A DNA stretch of 50,574 nucleotides from Octopus bimaculoides (Eukaryota): the NCBI RefSeq assembly GCF_001194135.2, contig NC_068987.1, positions 66,902,294 to 66,952,867 on the forward strand, written 5' to 3'. The notes beneath the pieces were generated by a model. The model ran no database searches, had not been told where the DNA came from, and saw only the letters and a list, made by a program, of their open reading frames with translations. This document shows, piece after piece, positions 1-12,236 of this stretch; within the stretch, counting starts at the first letter, position 1; the number at the start of each line of letters is the position of its first letter. The position numbers were made by a program, and so were the translations under genes.

Positions 1-50
<50 letters not shown>

Positions 51-333
51 AAATGTATTAAATATATACGTATATACTTATGCGTATGCATGTGTGTATG
101 TGTGTTTGTGCGTGTATGTGTGTGTGTTTCCTTGTCTTTGTGTTTATCCCCCACCATTTCTTGAAACCGAGTTTTGATATGCTTACGTCTCGCTAACTTT
201 GCGAGTTGGCATAAGAGACCGGTAAAACAAGTAACGGGTTTCAAATAAGTACTGGTTTGGATTTCTTCGACGAAACCCATCATCTGTGATGCTCCAGCAT
301 GGCCACAGCCCGACAACCGAAACAAATAAAAGA
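1..333 (+). mobile_element. SINE family A, 3' half with internal (TA)n/(TG)n
   Basis: Diverged match to the 3' half of the complete copy at 29247-29674 (e.g. gctccagcatggccacagc...gaaacaaataaaaga). Confidence 0.75.
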
Positions 334-865
334 CGTAAAAGTTACATATAGACGCATATCTTGGAATACGCTATTCCACTGCTACATACACACAAGTAAT
401 CCGAATTACCTATGAAGCCATTGTTTGCTATTTTCTATTCTTCAACTGAGGAAAGCTTTCCTTTACAATTTTAGTTAGTTTTCTCTTAGTATTTTACCAA
501 TATATCATTATTATTCCCACGCAAAATCCAAACAATATCCGGCTCACCATTTACGTCACAACATAGAGCTATCCTACACCGATTGTACTATAATCTTCAG
601 GCAGTTTCATTCTTCAGTATCTGTGAGTAAATGATAACTAAATCAATAAATTATTTACGTCCTTCTATGCTTTAGCTTTATATCCGACTATACTCTATAT
701 TTGTATGGGATTTTAATTTTTTTAATTTATTTTTTGATTTTGTACATACGTACACTAGTGTTCATTTTATTGTTTGTGTTTTCAATGCAATAAACGCCCC
801 TAGGTATTTTTTATCGTTATTTTATCAAGCCAATCAGTTTTCTTTTACTAAAATTACACACACAA

Positions 866-903
<38 letters not shown>

Positions 904-1012
904 NNNNNNNNNNNNNNNNNNNNNNNNNNNNNNNNNNNNNNNNNNNNNNNNNNNNNNNNNNNNNNNNNNNNNNNNNNNNNNNNNNNNNNNNNNNNNNNNN
1001 NNNAAATTTATT

Positions 1013-2044
1013 TTAATATGGGATAGGACTGCCTTTGGCAGTAATTACAGCTTAAATTCTACAAGGTATGGACTCCAACAAAGTTTGAATTGTTTCCTAA
1101 GGAATGTTGTCCATTCTTCATCTTAAACAATCTCCAGTTCTTGTAGTGATGATGGTGGAGGATATCGACTCCTTACTTGTTTTTCTAGAATGCACCATAA
1201 ATGTACAATAATATTGAAATCTGGGGACTGTGGTGGCCAGATAAGATGTTCAACTTCACTAGGATTTTCCTCGTGCCGTTCAGTAACAAGTCAGGCTGTG
1301 TGAATTGGTGCAATATCATCCTGAAAGATTGCGTTCCCATCTGGAAACAATTCCGCATGCATAGAATGAATTTGATCAGATAAAATGCTTAAATAGTCTT
1401 GACTATTAATTCTGCCATGAAAGGAAACCACTGGGCCAGCGGATTTCCAAGATATAGCCCCCACAAATCATCACAGATCCTCCTCCATGTTTAACAGTTG
1501 GAAGAAGGCAGTCTGGGTCAAATGCTTCTTTTGGCTGTGTCCACGCGTATACTCGCCCGGTGGTCGGAAATAAGGTAAAAGATGACTCGCCCGAGAGAAT
1601 AACATTCTTCCACTGCTCTAGGGACTAATTCTATAGGTTTCTACTCCACTCTAAATGCTTTGCAATGTTTGTTTTTGAAAGCAGGCGTTTTCTGATTGCA
1701 GCCCTCCCATGAAATCCGGCTTTGTGTAGCTCCCGGCGAACAGTTTTTATGGAAACTGGGTTCTCGAGGTGGTCATGAAGCTCTACAGTTATTCTGGGAT
1801 CTGTACTTTTGTGATCCTTTCCAACAATCCCCGTAAGAGTCCGACGGCCCCTATCTGAAAGTTTTTGCTTTCTTCCTGAGATTTGTTTCGACGAAGAAGT
1901 TTTTCCCTTTTTCTCAAAGGCTGTCATTACTTCCGAGACAGTACTTCATGATACACCAAACATTCCAGCTGTTTTCGTTATACTAGTGCCAGCCATACGA
2001 GCACCAACTATTTGACCTCTTTGAAAGTCAGATAGATCTGCCAT
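1013..2044 (-). pseudogene. Tc1-family transposase, full length but inactivated
   Basis: Manual translation: ATG at 2044 MADLSDFQRGQIVGARMAG..., HTH region (ORF 1631-1927), WKNVILSGESSF (SDES motif), VKHGGGSVM, WPPQSPDFNII, ending AVITAKGSPIPY* at 1013-1015. Contains premature stops and at least one frameshift. Confidence 0.93.
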
Positions 2045-2050
2045 TTTAAT

Positions 2051-2108
2051 GAATCCAGGACCATGTGCTTGGTAAGCAAGCTACTTACTACACAGCCACT
2101 CCTGTGCC
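2051..2108 (-). mobile_element. SINE family A tRNA-like head (58 nt) abutting the Tc1 start codon
   Basis: Reverse complement ggcacaggagtggctgtgtagtaagtagcttgcttaccaagcacatggtcctggattc aligns with 29247-29304. Confidence 0.9.
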
Positions 2109-2284
2109 TGTAGCAATTTTGCCTAGTTTATCAGAAAACTCTATTCCATAGACAGCTTCTGAATGTTGTTCACGTCCCCACTGCATTCTGCAAACTAGTC
2201 ATTCTGCAAACACACACACAAACACACAAACAAACAAACAAACAAAACACACACTCACACGCACGCACACATACACACGCACAT

Positions 2285-2327
<43 letters not shown>

Positions 2328-2345
2328 CACACACATACACACACA

Positions 2346-2536
2346 TACAAGGTGCATTCCAGAAGTTTTGAGACATTTAAAGACCCTTTTTAAGTTATAA
2401 CTAACCGAGATCATTGTAATTTGGGTATATCATCACTATACATTTAATAAACTGACATGCCAACTTTTTTTATTCCAGATTGAAGGAGAGGCTAAGGCTA
2501 TAACTGCACTTTGAACACACCCTACTAAACACTAGC
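2346..2536 (+). mobile_element. Mariner-like element 5' non-coding fragment
   Basis: Aligns to 3308-3485 (shared attgaaggagaggct...gcactttgaacacaccctacta). Confidence 0.65.
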
Positions 2537-2721
2537 ATGCTGTAGAACCGCCTTTTAGTCGAAGATCTCGACTCCAGGACTTATTTTTGTAAGCCTGGTA
2601 TTTATTCTATCGTGGTATTTTGCCAAACCGCTAAGTTACGGAGAGAGAAATACACTGACATCAGTTGTCAAGCATTGTCGGGATGTTCAAACACAGATGC
2701 CAAGACGCACACATTATATAT
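2537..2721 (-). mobile_element. SINE family A 3' portion
   Basis: Reverse complement matches the tail of 29247-29674; runs into a gap. Confidence 0.75.
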
Positions 2722-3187
2722 NNNNNNNNNNNNNNNNNNNNNNNNNNNNNNNNNNNNNNNNNNNNNNNNNNNNNNNNNNNNNNNNNNNNNNNNNNNNNNN
2801 NNNNNNNNNNNNNNNNNNNNNNNNNNNNNNNNNNNNNNNNNNNNNNNNNNNNNNNNNNNNNNNNNNNNNNNNNNNNNNNNNNNNNNNNNNNNNNNNNNNN
2901 NNNNNNNNNNNNNNNNNNNNNNNNNNNNNNNNNNNNNNNNNNNNNNNNNNNNNNNNNNNNNNNNNNNNNNNNNNNNNNNNNNNNNNNNNNNNNNNNNNNN
3001 NNNNNNNNNNNNNNNNNNNNNNNNNNNNNNNNNNNNNNNNNNNNNNNNNNNNNNNNNNNNNNNNNNNNNNNNNNNNNNNNNNNNNNNNNNNNNNNNNNNN
3101 NNNNNNNNNNNNNNNNNNNNNNNNNNNNNNNNNNNATATATATATACCTACATATTTATATAATGCACGCATACATATTTATATATG

Positions 3188-3273
<86 letters not shown>

Positions 3274-3307
3274 TATAAGTGTCTGTACACACACACTCAC
3301 AAATACA

Positions 3308-4105
3308 CACACATGATATATTCCAGTTGCTTTGAGATGTTTTTTAGAAGAGGCAATTATAACTATCCTCAATTATTGTAATTTTAGTATATCATTACTA
3401 CACATCAAATAAACTATCCTGCTAGCGTTTATTATTGAAGGAGAGGCTGTTACAGCACTTTGAACACACCCTACTAAGCACTGATTACCTCAGCTAAATA
3501 GCTTGCAGAACGCAGCCGAGATGCTCGGAAACCTGCTAAGCAATAGTTACTTGTGTTAAACTGGATAAAAACGCTGCAGAAACGCATGAAATGTTCTAGA
3601 CAGCTTAGGAAATAAATTTTTCTTTTGGTACAAGAACTTCAAGGGTGGTAGAGCAGAGGTGAGAGACGATGAGAGTTGTGGGAGGGATAGGGACGTCAGA
3701 ACATCAGAGCTGTTTGAGAAAATTTGAGATTTTCTCGTTGAAGACAGTTGTGTGTCTGTAAAGACAATAATCAAAAAGTTTGGATTCACTTTGTTAACTG
3801 TACATAGAATTATTCTTGAAGATTTGAACCTGCATAAAATTTGTGAAAATTTTGTTCCCAAGATGAGAATCCTGCTGAACCAACTGCCTGACAGTGATGG
3901 GCTCCAAAACTGCCCCTTACCCTTCCTAGTCTACACTTTCCTCTCTGTGATGTTTGGTTGTCCCCTAAATTGAACAAGAACCTCCGAGTCGTTTTGAAGA
4001 TGAAGGAGGCTGTGACAACGGTCCTGAATATCTTCACTCTGGAGGATTTCCATGAGACATTCACAAAGTGATTGTTATGTTGGAACAAGTGCATTGAAAT
4101 TAGAG
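3308..4105 (+). mobile_element. Internally deleted mariner-like transposon relic
   Basis: N-terminal/HTH residues (VHRIILEDLNLHKICENFVPK, cf. mariner WVP motif) join directly to C-terminal residues (decayed YSPDL region, EMKEAV...WNKCIEIR). The catalytic core is absent. Confidence 0.75.
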
Positions 4106-5203
4106 CAGCGGTTCTTATCCTTCGTAATTGAAAAAAAATGATTTCTTCAGAACATAGGTATATATTTTATTAGTGCACAAAAGGAACCATACATCAGTTT
4201 CACACAAAATTACTGTGTTCAGAAAACAAAACCAACAAAACATGAATTTCACGCAAAAACATAACTCAATGAATATTTACAGCAAATAAGCGTGACTTTT
4301 GCTGTTGCCTTTCAAATACAAGTTTAGAAATGGTCGGCTTCACCTGGGCAACTTCCACTCTCATATCATGTTTGCAACAAAGTCTGTTCCTTTTCTTAGT
4401 TTTTATGTCAACCATCCTCGAAAAGGATTGTGTACAAAGATACGTTGTAACAAACGACGTATCTCAAGATCTTTCTTGGCAATAAGAGGGTATGGTACGA
4501 TTTGGTGACACCGATACATTGTGAGCGTTATTGTTCTAAAGAGATGCTGTTGAAGCTGGCTCTACTGAAATTCAATGATTTCGTCGTGGTATTCATCGAA
4601 GACATTTGCTGTTGCAACACTAAATGTGAACGACTGTCTCACCCATGCTGGATATAACTTTCTGGTGTGGAAGTATCTGTCGAGAGAATTTGCGAGCTCA
4701 TCTAAGTGTATGGCAATTGCTTGGATCAGCTCCCCAGACACGTCTTCGATCTTACTGACACAGTCGTCCAGCAAGGGAAAGTTTTCAAAGTTACTATTCT
4801 CTGTTCGTCGAAAGGTAGCTTTTTCTAAATGCCTTCGAGTTTTCTTCTGCTTCAATGATGTTGACTCCACTACCCTGCATCTGTCGATTGAGAAAATATC
4901 GGCCATGTACGCCAAAATGAGAATGAACTCTGAATTTTAGAAGCAATCTGCATGACAATGTTGGTACTTATGCAAAAACAGGACTAATTCCACACGCATG
5001 GCAAAAACACGATTCACTACCTTTCCCCGGGATAACCACCAAACATTAGAATGGTACAGAAATACCTCGAATTCAGAGCCCATTTCATTACACAGTTCTT
5101 TGGAGATGCGGTGCTTTATAGTACCTCGCACGTAGTTCACATATTCAACTACAATTTTTAATACTTCTGCCAGTTTTGGAGGTAAGGTTCGTATTACCAA
5201 CAA
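4106..5203 (-). mobile_element. hAT transposon relic, Buster/Charlie type (3' half plus terminus)
   Basis: ORF fragments YHSNVWWLSRGKVV, AYMADIF and PFVTTYLC...KTKKRNRL (hATC dimerisation-like). Terminus CAGCGGTTCT at 4106. Confidence 0.88.
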
Positions 5204-5500
5204 TGTGTGTGTGTGTGTGTGCGCGCGCGTGAAATTACGAATTAAAAGCAGCCCTAATAACGTAATCATTTACAATCGCACTACCTATATTTCGCTATTA
5301 CTGTGGCTTATCAATACCACGCATTTAGATCATCCCGAAACGAATTGAATCCCTGGTCTATGACTTACATGCAAACAGACTGAAATCTGTTTGCTGATAT
5401 GTTATGGCGTGCTACATGTGGAAGTAAATTAAATTGCGTATTAAAAGCGGCTCTATAAACATTATCGATCGTATTCACAGAGTGAGCGTGTTTTGTTTAT

Positions 5501-5712
5501 ACGCCGAATTTGCTGCGGAATAGCGTCTGGAAAGGCTCTTTACATAACGCTGAATATGAAAGGGCAACTGAATATCATAGATCAGACAATATAACTCGGC
5601 TCGAAATGAATTCAAGAGTGATTGATAACCGATATTTCGCCGTTGTTGTAGCTTAACACTGTGCTTTGTGTTGGGAGCCTTCCTAGGCGCTATTCCGCAG
5701 CAAGTTCGGCGT
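5501..5712. repeat. 38-bp inverted repeat pair (possible MITE)
   Basis: 5501-5538 versus reverse complement of 5675-5712, 4 mismatches. Confidence 0.7.
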
Positions 5713-7410
5713 TTTCCTTTGCAGTTTACCGAACCGTTCTAAGTTTAAATCATTTATTTGAGTGATCGAGTAAATTGTCTTTACTTAAATATTACTTCCG
5801 ATTCTTAGAGAGATTAATTATAGCCATCCCTGATATCTATTCCAACTGGTTAATAATTTACGTTAATAATTTACGTCTTTAGTGGTTAAGGAAATTGTTT
5901 TGGGCATTTTCACAGTGCAACTCACTTTTGTCCTATTTTCTGTATTTTAAATTGGGGTGGTCAGCATTGTTTTTCTAGGTTTATGAAACTTAAGAGAGGA
6001 CGTGAAGAAATTATCCTCCTTTACTGATCTGACCATCACACCAGATCTCACGAAATATACCCTATCGGCCAGTTGGTGATGTTCACCCAGGCAACGTATT
6101 AAGGTTTTCAACTAAGAGCACAACGATTTCTTTGACAGGAATTCCGCATGCTACCACAAAAACAAATTCCACTTGTAAACATTTGGACGCTCAAACGGTA
6201 GAAGATAACAGTCTAAATGAAATTGAATCCATAAACTCGTAGTTACGAAGCCAACATCTTAACCATTTAACCACACTGAAGTGTAACTGAATCTGAAAAA
6301 ATCGCGTTTATGAAACAAACTTATTAACTGTACTACAATGTGTGGCGAAATACGAACGTTTGTTCGTACTGAACATTCTATAGTTCCCCACCCACCTGTA
6401 CTTGAACATTCGATAATTCCACACCCAACTGTTGTCTGACTAATTAAAGAATAAGTTAGAAAAATTGCAAACAAAACGAAACAAGACGTGTTGTTAATTC
6501 TTCTGATAAAAGCATATTACATTGTTGAATATTTAAGGCATTCAAACGGTTAATGTGGACTAGCAAAGATTATATTTAATGCTGCCTTTGTACAACAATG
6601 GAAAAATAAAAAGTTTCCAAATAATTCAAAAAGTACATATCTAAATATTTTATCATCTCACATCTTTAAATTCTCTTTATAAAAATTCAATTCTTTATGA
6701 ATTTGTATTTTTTCGTACTTTTCATCCTTAACATTCTACACACCTTAATCTTTCGACGTCTTTATATATTCACATAAAGCACACTCATTAATGCTTTTTT
6801 TTTCTTAATGTTTGATGTTTAATCTTTATTTTATTTTGTTCTTCCTATATTGCTTTTCTTTCTATTTTTCTTACATTCAATCATCTCTTTTCAATCTTTT
6901 TTCAGTCAATTTTCTATTGCGTGCATTGTTTTTATATCTCTTTACAAAGGATACTTTCTCTTTACCATTATTTACCCTTTAATAACAAAAGTAATTTAAG
7001 TGAAAAACATTTTTATGGTACACACTCAAAGACACACGCACAAAAAGCTCTCACACACACAGACACACACACACACAGATACACACTCACAGACACGCGC
7101 AGGCAGACACGCACTCACACACGCACAAACACGCTCACACATCCGCTCTCTCCCTTACACACACATACTAATTGAGCTACAAGAACATAAACGTAATACA
7201 TATTTGTATATGTGTGTGATGTGGTGTGTGTTTTTGTGTGTGTATGTGTGTGTGTGTGTGTGCGCGCGACCCGGTGCGTGCGTATTAAGAGATTAAGAGA
7301 GAAAGAGACAGAAAGACAAAATGTGTGGGTCGTTGTGCGTATTCTGTATGCCTCTATATTGAGAAAATATTTGTGTGCGTGTGTATGTGTGTGTGTATGT
7401 GTGTGTGTGC

Positions 7411-7468
<58 letters not shown>

Positions 7469-7585
7469 ATGCATACATATATATAAATATACATGCACAT
7501 ACACATACACACATATGTGTATTTGTGTGTGTATATATTATATATATACTTGTATACAAGTGTGCGTACATGTGAGAACAGTTGT

Positions 7586-7586
<1 letters not shown>

Positions 7587-7636
<50 letters not shown>
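7587..7636. repeat. (GATA)n microsatellite at the end of a compound (CA)/(TG)/(TA) region starting ~7020
   Basis: Read directly. Confidence 0.95.
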
Positions 7637-7637
<1 letters not shown>

Positions 7638-8310
7638 CAAACAAATAAAACGATAGNNNNNNNNNNNNNNNNNNNNNNNNNNNNNNNNNNNNNNNNNNNN
7701 NNNNNNNNNNNNNNNNNNNNNNNNNNNNNNNNNNNNNNNNNNNNNNNNNNNNNNNNNNNNNNNNNNNNNNNNNNNNNNNNNNNNNNNNNNNNNNNNNNNN
7801 NNNNNNNNNNNNNNNNNNNNNNNNNNNNNNNNNNNNNNNNNNNNNNNNNNNNNNNNNNNNNNNNNNNNNNNNNNNNNNNNNNNNNNNNNNNNNNNNNNNN
7901 NNNNNNNNNNNNNNNNNNNNNNNNNNNNNNNNNNNNNNNNNNNNNNNNNNNNNNNNNNNNNNNNNNNNNNNNNNNNNNNNNNNNNNNNNNNNNNNNNNNN
8001 NNNNNNNNNNNNNNNNNNNNNNNNNNNNNNNNNNNNNNNNNNNNNNNNNNNNNNNNNNNNNNNNNNNNNNNNNNNNNNNNNNNNNNNNNNNNNNNNNNNN
8101 NNNNNNNNNNNNNNNNNNNNNNNNNNNNNNNNNNNNNNNNNNNNNNNNNNNNNNNNNNNNNNNNNNNNAGAGAAAGGGAGAGATACTTATATGTGTATAT
8201 GTGTGTACCTGTGTGTATGTGTGCGTGTGTGCGTGTGAATGTGTATGTGTGTGCGCGTGTGTATGCGTGTGTGTGTGTGTGTGTATGTGTGTGTGTGTAT
8301 GTGTGTGTGT

Positions 8311-8343
<33 letters not shown>

Positions 8344-8839
8344 AAGTGTTTCAAGTGAGATGAAACTATTGGTTGGGTTCGGTAACGTTGATGATCAGGC
8401 TTTCAGACTCGATAGAAATAGTGATGATGACGTGGAGATGGAGGTTGAGCAGGAGGAGGAGAATGAATAGATGGGGAAGAAGGATTTCAACAATGATGTC
8501 GCGGAACAATAATGATGATGATGATGATGATGTAAATGGTAATAAGCAAATGATGATACACAATGGATTTATTGATGAGGAGGCAACTTTTGTAATACTG
8601 ATTTGCATGTTTGACAAAGAATATAATATAAGTATGACAATAATATAAATATGACAATATTATAAATAATGTTTGTATTTTGCGTGAACGAGCCGTCTTC
8701 GAGATAATGCATTCTGTTTCCTGGGGAAATAAGAATTGTTTGTATCACATGTAACTACGTACGTGTGGAGGTATGTGTCCATGCATATATTATTTCATGT
8801 ATATATGTATAGATATAAATGCATACATACATACATATG

Positions 8840-8912
<73 letters not shown>

Positions 8913-9005
8913 ATATACCAGTAAGTACATAAATGCAAAACAAGTTGGAAAAATACTCGAATACCGAAGGTAGAGTAATATGCTATTTTAATTAAAGCTG
9001 TAACA

Positions 9006-9598
9006 TTCCAGAAAATAATTCCTCCCCGTCCTTGGAACTTTCCAGGAAATAATTCGCCCCCACCCCTTCTATGGAACTTCCCAGGAAGTCCCATCCTCGG
9101 AACTTTCCAGAAAATTGTTCATCATTCGGAACTTTCCAGGCAGTAGCTTATCTTTGGAGCTTTCGAGGAAGTGTCATCCTCGGAACTTTCCAGGAAGTAC
9201 CATCCTCGGAACTTTCCAGGAAATGTCATCCTCGGAACTTTCCAACAAGTATCTCCAATCCTCGGAATTTCCAGGAAGTGCTACCCTCGGAAATTTTCAG
9301 GAAATAGCTCATCCTCAGAACTTTCCAGGAAATCCCATCCTCGGAACTTTCCATGAAGTACCACCCTCGGAGCTTTCAAGGAAGTGCTATCCTCAGAACT
9401 TTCCAGGAGCTCCAATCGTCGGAATTTTCCAGGAAGTGGTTCTTCCTCTGAACTTTCCAGGAAGTTCCACCGTCGGAAGTTTCCAGGAAATAGCTCATCC
9501 TCGGAACTTTCCAGGAAGTCCCCCTCGGAACTTTCCAGGAAGTAGTTCATCCTCCGAACTTTTCAGGAAGTCCAATCCTCGGAAGTTTCCAAGAAGTC
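9006..9598. repeat. Minisatellite, ~21 units of ~27 bp, core cctcGGAACTTTCCAGGAAgt
   Basis: Manual count of 21 core occurrences between ~9034 and ~9581. Confidence 0.93.
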
Positions 9599-10425
9599 CT
9601 AAGCTATTGTTAGGATTTTGCTTTGTCTATTTATTTCCTGTTCAGCTTAACTCAGTATTTGCCATGTAGGGTCTTTTCTTGCCATAGTTTTATCATGATA
9701 CGTTGCTGTTCCATTTTTAGTTTGGATTGCAGTTGTTTTACAGATTTTGTTGTCACATCTTTTTCTTCATAGTTGTTAAATACAATGACTTCTTTTATTT
9801 GTATTTGTCAGCTTCCTTAAAGACAGAAAATAGTTTCTTGTTTTTTTCGTGTTTTGTAGCTATCTTTATCGGTTTTCTTTGCCTCTGAAGTAGGTATTTC
9901 TGTAATCCTGTGGTGGTTATTTTGTAATAGTCTTCTACCTATATAAGGCCTCTATCACCTTCGATGCGTTGTACACATAACCTTTCTATGTCAGATTTTG
10001 GGTGGTGCATCCTAAATCCTGCCATTATTTTTCTTGTTTTCCTGTCTATTTTTATCAGTTCATTTAGAGTCCAGTTAAGAATATTGTACTTGTATCTTTA
10101 TAACTGGGACGGCTAGAGTGTTGATACCTATTATTTTGTTTTCACATTGAGTTCTGTTTCCAATATTAATCTAACTCATCTATAGTATTCCTTTCTTATC
10201 TTCTCTTTCATTTTTATGTATTGTATCATATCTAGTTCATTGATTCCTAAGTATTTGTAAGTCTGGCTTTGGTCTAATTCCCTTATTTCATTTTCTTTGT
10301 CTAGTGTGATGTTATTACTCTTAAATAGTTTTCCTCTTTTCAAGGTTGCTTTGGCACATTTTTCTAAGCCAAATTTCATGTTTATTTCTTTGGTAAATAC
10401 ATGTACTGTCTGTAGTAATGTTTCC
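9593..10425 (-). mobile_element. R4/Dong-like non-LTR retrotransposon fragment (RT C-terminal part and thumb)
   Basis: LLQTVH...MKFGLEKCAKATLKRGK, YKYLGI...KEKIRKEYYR, MHHPKSDIERL...GDRGLI; multiple stops. Confidence 0.75.
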
Positions 10426-10512
<87 letters not shown>

Positions 10513-10550
10513 TTATCATTATCGTTGCTGTTGTTGTTGTTGTTGTTATT
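10426..10550. repeat. (ATT)n/(GTT)n microsatellite
   Basis: Read directly; gives the poly-N and poly-L ORFs. Confidence 0.95.
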
Positions 10551-12182
10551 GGATTTAGAGGAGGTTCGTTGGTTTACTTTCCACTTATTTGAAAATCCAT
10601 CATTTATGGAAATTTTTTTTATTACATATCCCATTGCATCTAAGATGACACGTACAGATGACAATCTATAACACAGTTAAACAAATTGTAAGTTCCCCAC
10701 TAGTTCAACATATATGTTTATTTTTCTCACAAGTTCAGACGAGGCACTCATATCTTCTGGACTGCTAAGAGGTGCGTGAATGTGCTTCTCTGTTGCATAG
10801 AAATATATCAAATTTGCTACACATTTACCAGAATGCAGTATTTATTGGGCTTTCCCAAAATTATTCCATGGTTTTAAACATGTGGATAAATTCTGGTCCG
10901 GGTGTACCTTCGTTTTTTGTGAGGGTTGGGGGGGGGGTTGTATTATTAGCACCATCAAAATATTGCTATCCATAGAAATCTTTGTTGGTAGTATAGGGAA
11001 GAACTTCATGTCTCATAGAAAAGTAGAAACTTGCGAATATTTTTTATAGCTGCTGAAGATGGAGATATATTATTCACCGGTATAATACAATCGAAATTTT
11101 CTTTAACAAAATCTTATTTCCAGCACATCGTTATCCTATTATTGATAAGGTATTTTGTAGTTGTTTCTTGATTTAACTTCTTGGAGGAATTTGTTGCATC
11201 TATCGCAGTTTATTATTTGTGTCAATGCTGTTCCCATTGTCTATCTTGCAGTAAATGTACCCAAAGCATTCTTTTGCTATGATGTGAGTTTCCCTTAAGT
11301 TTCTGTTTACGAAGACTAACCTAATAACTTAACGATCACATGGAACAGCTTCAAACTCAGAGTACTTATTCAAGGGTTGTTGACCACGCTCAAGATGATA
11401 GTATTTTCATTGTTGAGTACATAACTAATGCATTCACTTCTTCCTTTACTGCTCAGTATATATTATAATATACATATATTTGAAGGGAGGTGAGTCTATA
11501 TTAGTGTATGTACGTGTGTGAATGCGTATGTGTGTATGTTTGTGTAAGTGTGTACGTATGTGTGCGCGCGTGTAATGTAAGGGTTATAAAAATTTAATAA
11601 AAGTATATGTTACCTAGTTTTAACAAGTTATATATAATGGAGAAAGCAACAATTTGGTTAAAGTGGACAGATATATTCATTTTATGAAAAGTTCGTAATC
11701 AGCTGTGTTTCACACAACTTCGATCTTCAGGTGAGGACAAATTCACGTACACACATACATACATGCGCGCGTGCAGACACACACTTATGTATATATTGTA
11801 TAGGCATGTATATATGCGTGCGTTTATGTATCGTGTTTATGTATATGTGTGTGAAGAGATATTCTAGCCATTTGATATAACACCAAGGTGTTAAGTTGAC
11901 TTAAATTCATTCATTAGAACTGTATCAGTGATGGAACATGGTTGGGTCTTGCGACGAAAATTCTGACACCTCATGAAATAAATTTGAATTTAAAGTGAAT
12001 TTAACAGCTTTGTGTAACATTAAAGGCTTGGATGGATCGTCACTTTCAATGCATTAAGTCCTTTGCTAGACAACTACAACGAAGATATGTGTGTATATGT
12101 GTGTGTGGGGGTGGGTGGGGGTGCGTGCGTGTGTGCGTGGGTGTACATGTGTGAAAGTATGTATGCATCTACATACATATGC

Positions 12183-12236
<54 letters not shown>

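Noticed and set aside
2176-2183. CAGTGGGG as the Tc1 left TIR
   Set aside because: No flanking TA, no partner TIR visible (gap at 904-1003), and a SINE head intervenes.
9006-9598. CRISPR-like array or repetitive protein (ORFs 9071-9669)
   Set aside because: Linkers are only ~5-12 nt and related to each other, the context is eukaryotic with no cas genes, and ORFs are open in several frames on both strands as expected for a repeat.
11052-11082. CTGAAGATGGAG...ACCGGT, possible decayed hammerhead
   Set aside because: No properly placed GAAA box and no stem I pairing.
10790-11440. Possible piggyBac relic (MCSKFDIFLC on the minus strand)
   Set aside because: Only a weak cysteine-motif resemblance; no catalytic motifs or TTAA termini could be recovered.
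11690-11735. Minus-strand CTGAAGA...GAAAC, possible third hammerhead
   Set aside because: Stems I and II do not pair convincingly; at best a degenerate relic.
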